DNA of 34,822 bases, taken from Chiloscyllium plagiosum (lineage: Eukaryota). Every line of letters starts with the position of its first letter. The first letter of the stretch is position 1. This document shows, one piece after another, positions 34,180-34,822 of this stretch. The stretch is from NCBI RefSeq assembly GCF_004010195.1, contig NC_057719.1:12163507-12198328 (forward strand), read 5' to 3'. Below the pieces are notes generated by a model that did not search any database, was not told where the DNA came from, and was given only the letters and a program-made list of their open reading frames with translations. Made by a program: the position numbers and the translations under genes.

Positions 34180-34822
34180 AAAGCTCAAAGTTTGTGAGAA
34201 GATTTGTAGCTCGGGTGCTCGTTGTTGTGGTTCTGTTCGCCGAGCTGGGAATTTGTGTTGCATACGTTTCGTCCCCTGTCTAGGTGACATCCTCAGTGCT
34301 TGGGAGCCTCCTGTGAAGCGCTTCTGTGATCTTTCCTCCGGCATTTGTAGTGGTTTGAATCTGCCGCTTCTGGTTGTCAGTTCCAGCTGTCCGTTGCAGT
34401 GGTCGGTATACTGGGTCCAGGTCGATGTACTTATTGATTGAATCTGTGGATGCCTCTAGGAATTCCCTGGCTGTTCAAAATCCCATGCAAGGACTGCACA
34501 AAACACTACATAGGATAAACAGGAAGACAGCTAATGATACGCATCCATGAACACCAACTAGCCACGAAACGCCATGACCAGCTATCCTTAGTAGCCACAC
34601 ACGCAGATGACAAGCAACATGAATTCAACTGGGACAACACTACTATTATAGGACAAAGTGAGGTCTGCAGAGCCAGGGAATTCCTAGAGGCATCCACAGA
34701 TTCAATCAATAAGCACATCGACCTGGACACAATATACCGAACATTGCAGCGGACAGCTGGAACTGACATCCGGAAGCGGCAGAGACAAACCAATATAAAT
34801 GCCGGAGGAAACATCACAGAAG
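34180..34822 (+). mobile_element. Penelope (Poseidon type): inverted terminal copy (about 34180-34476) plus GIY-YIG region (34477 to window end)
   Basis: KIPCKDCTKHYIG*TGRQLMIRIHEHQLATKRHDQLSLVATH...HEFNWDNTTIIG; 34321-34473 is an inverted copy of about 34670-34822. Confidence 0.9.
34260..34299 (-). ncRNA. Minimal hammerhead ribozyme motif, second Poseidon-type copy
   Basis: Minus strand: GCA CUGAGGA u GUCACCU agac AGGGGAC GAAA CGUA UGC. Confidence 0.72.

Noticed and set aside
1..34822. CRISPR arrays, operons or other prokaryotic systems
   Set aside because: The DNA is eukaryotic with spliceosomal introns, and I saw no regularly spaced repeat-spacer array.

Overview
Repeat-rich vertebrate genomic DNA, almost certainly from a cartilaginous fish (shark), judged from HE1-type SINEs plus abundant CR1 LINEs and Penelope elements. 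The only host gene I can support is the 5' half of VIPAS39 (SPE-39/VIPAR) on the minus strand. It has five coding exons (18227-18138, 15928-15829, 12673-12527, 9411-9343, 7457-7393) with AG/GT ends that splice in frame to 157 codons, plus a CpG-rich promoter with NRF1/ZNF143/ETS motifs at about 20.1-20.3 kb. The rest is a nested mosaic of mobile DNA: CR1, L2 and Rex1/Babar LINE fragments, SINEs, a degraded Ty1/copia element, a clean solo LTR with a 5-bp target-site duplication (TSD), and a DNA-transposon end. Two families of Penelope-like elements carry minimal hammerhead ribozyme motifs at their ends. Most notable is a set of very short, TSD-flanked, non-coding insertions derived from these Penelope ends, including a 97-bp-arm palindrome with a hammerhead motif in each arm. 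Almost all ORFs in the supplied track are transposon debris or spurious. Repeat boundaries are approximate unless a TSD is given, and all homology calls are from memory, not from searches.
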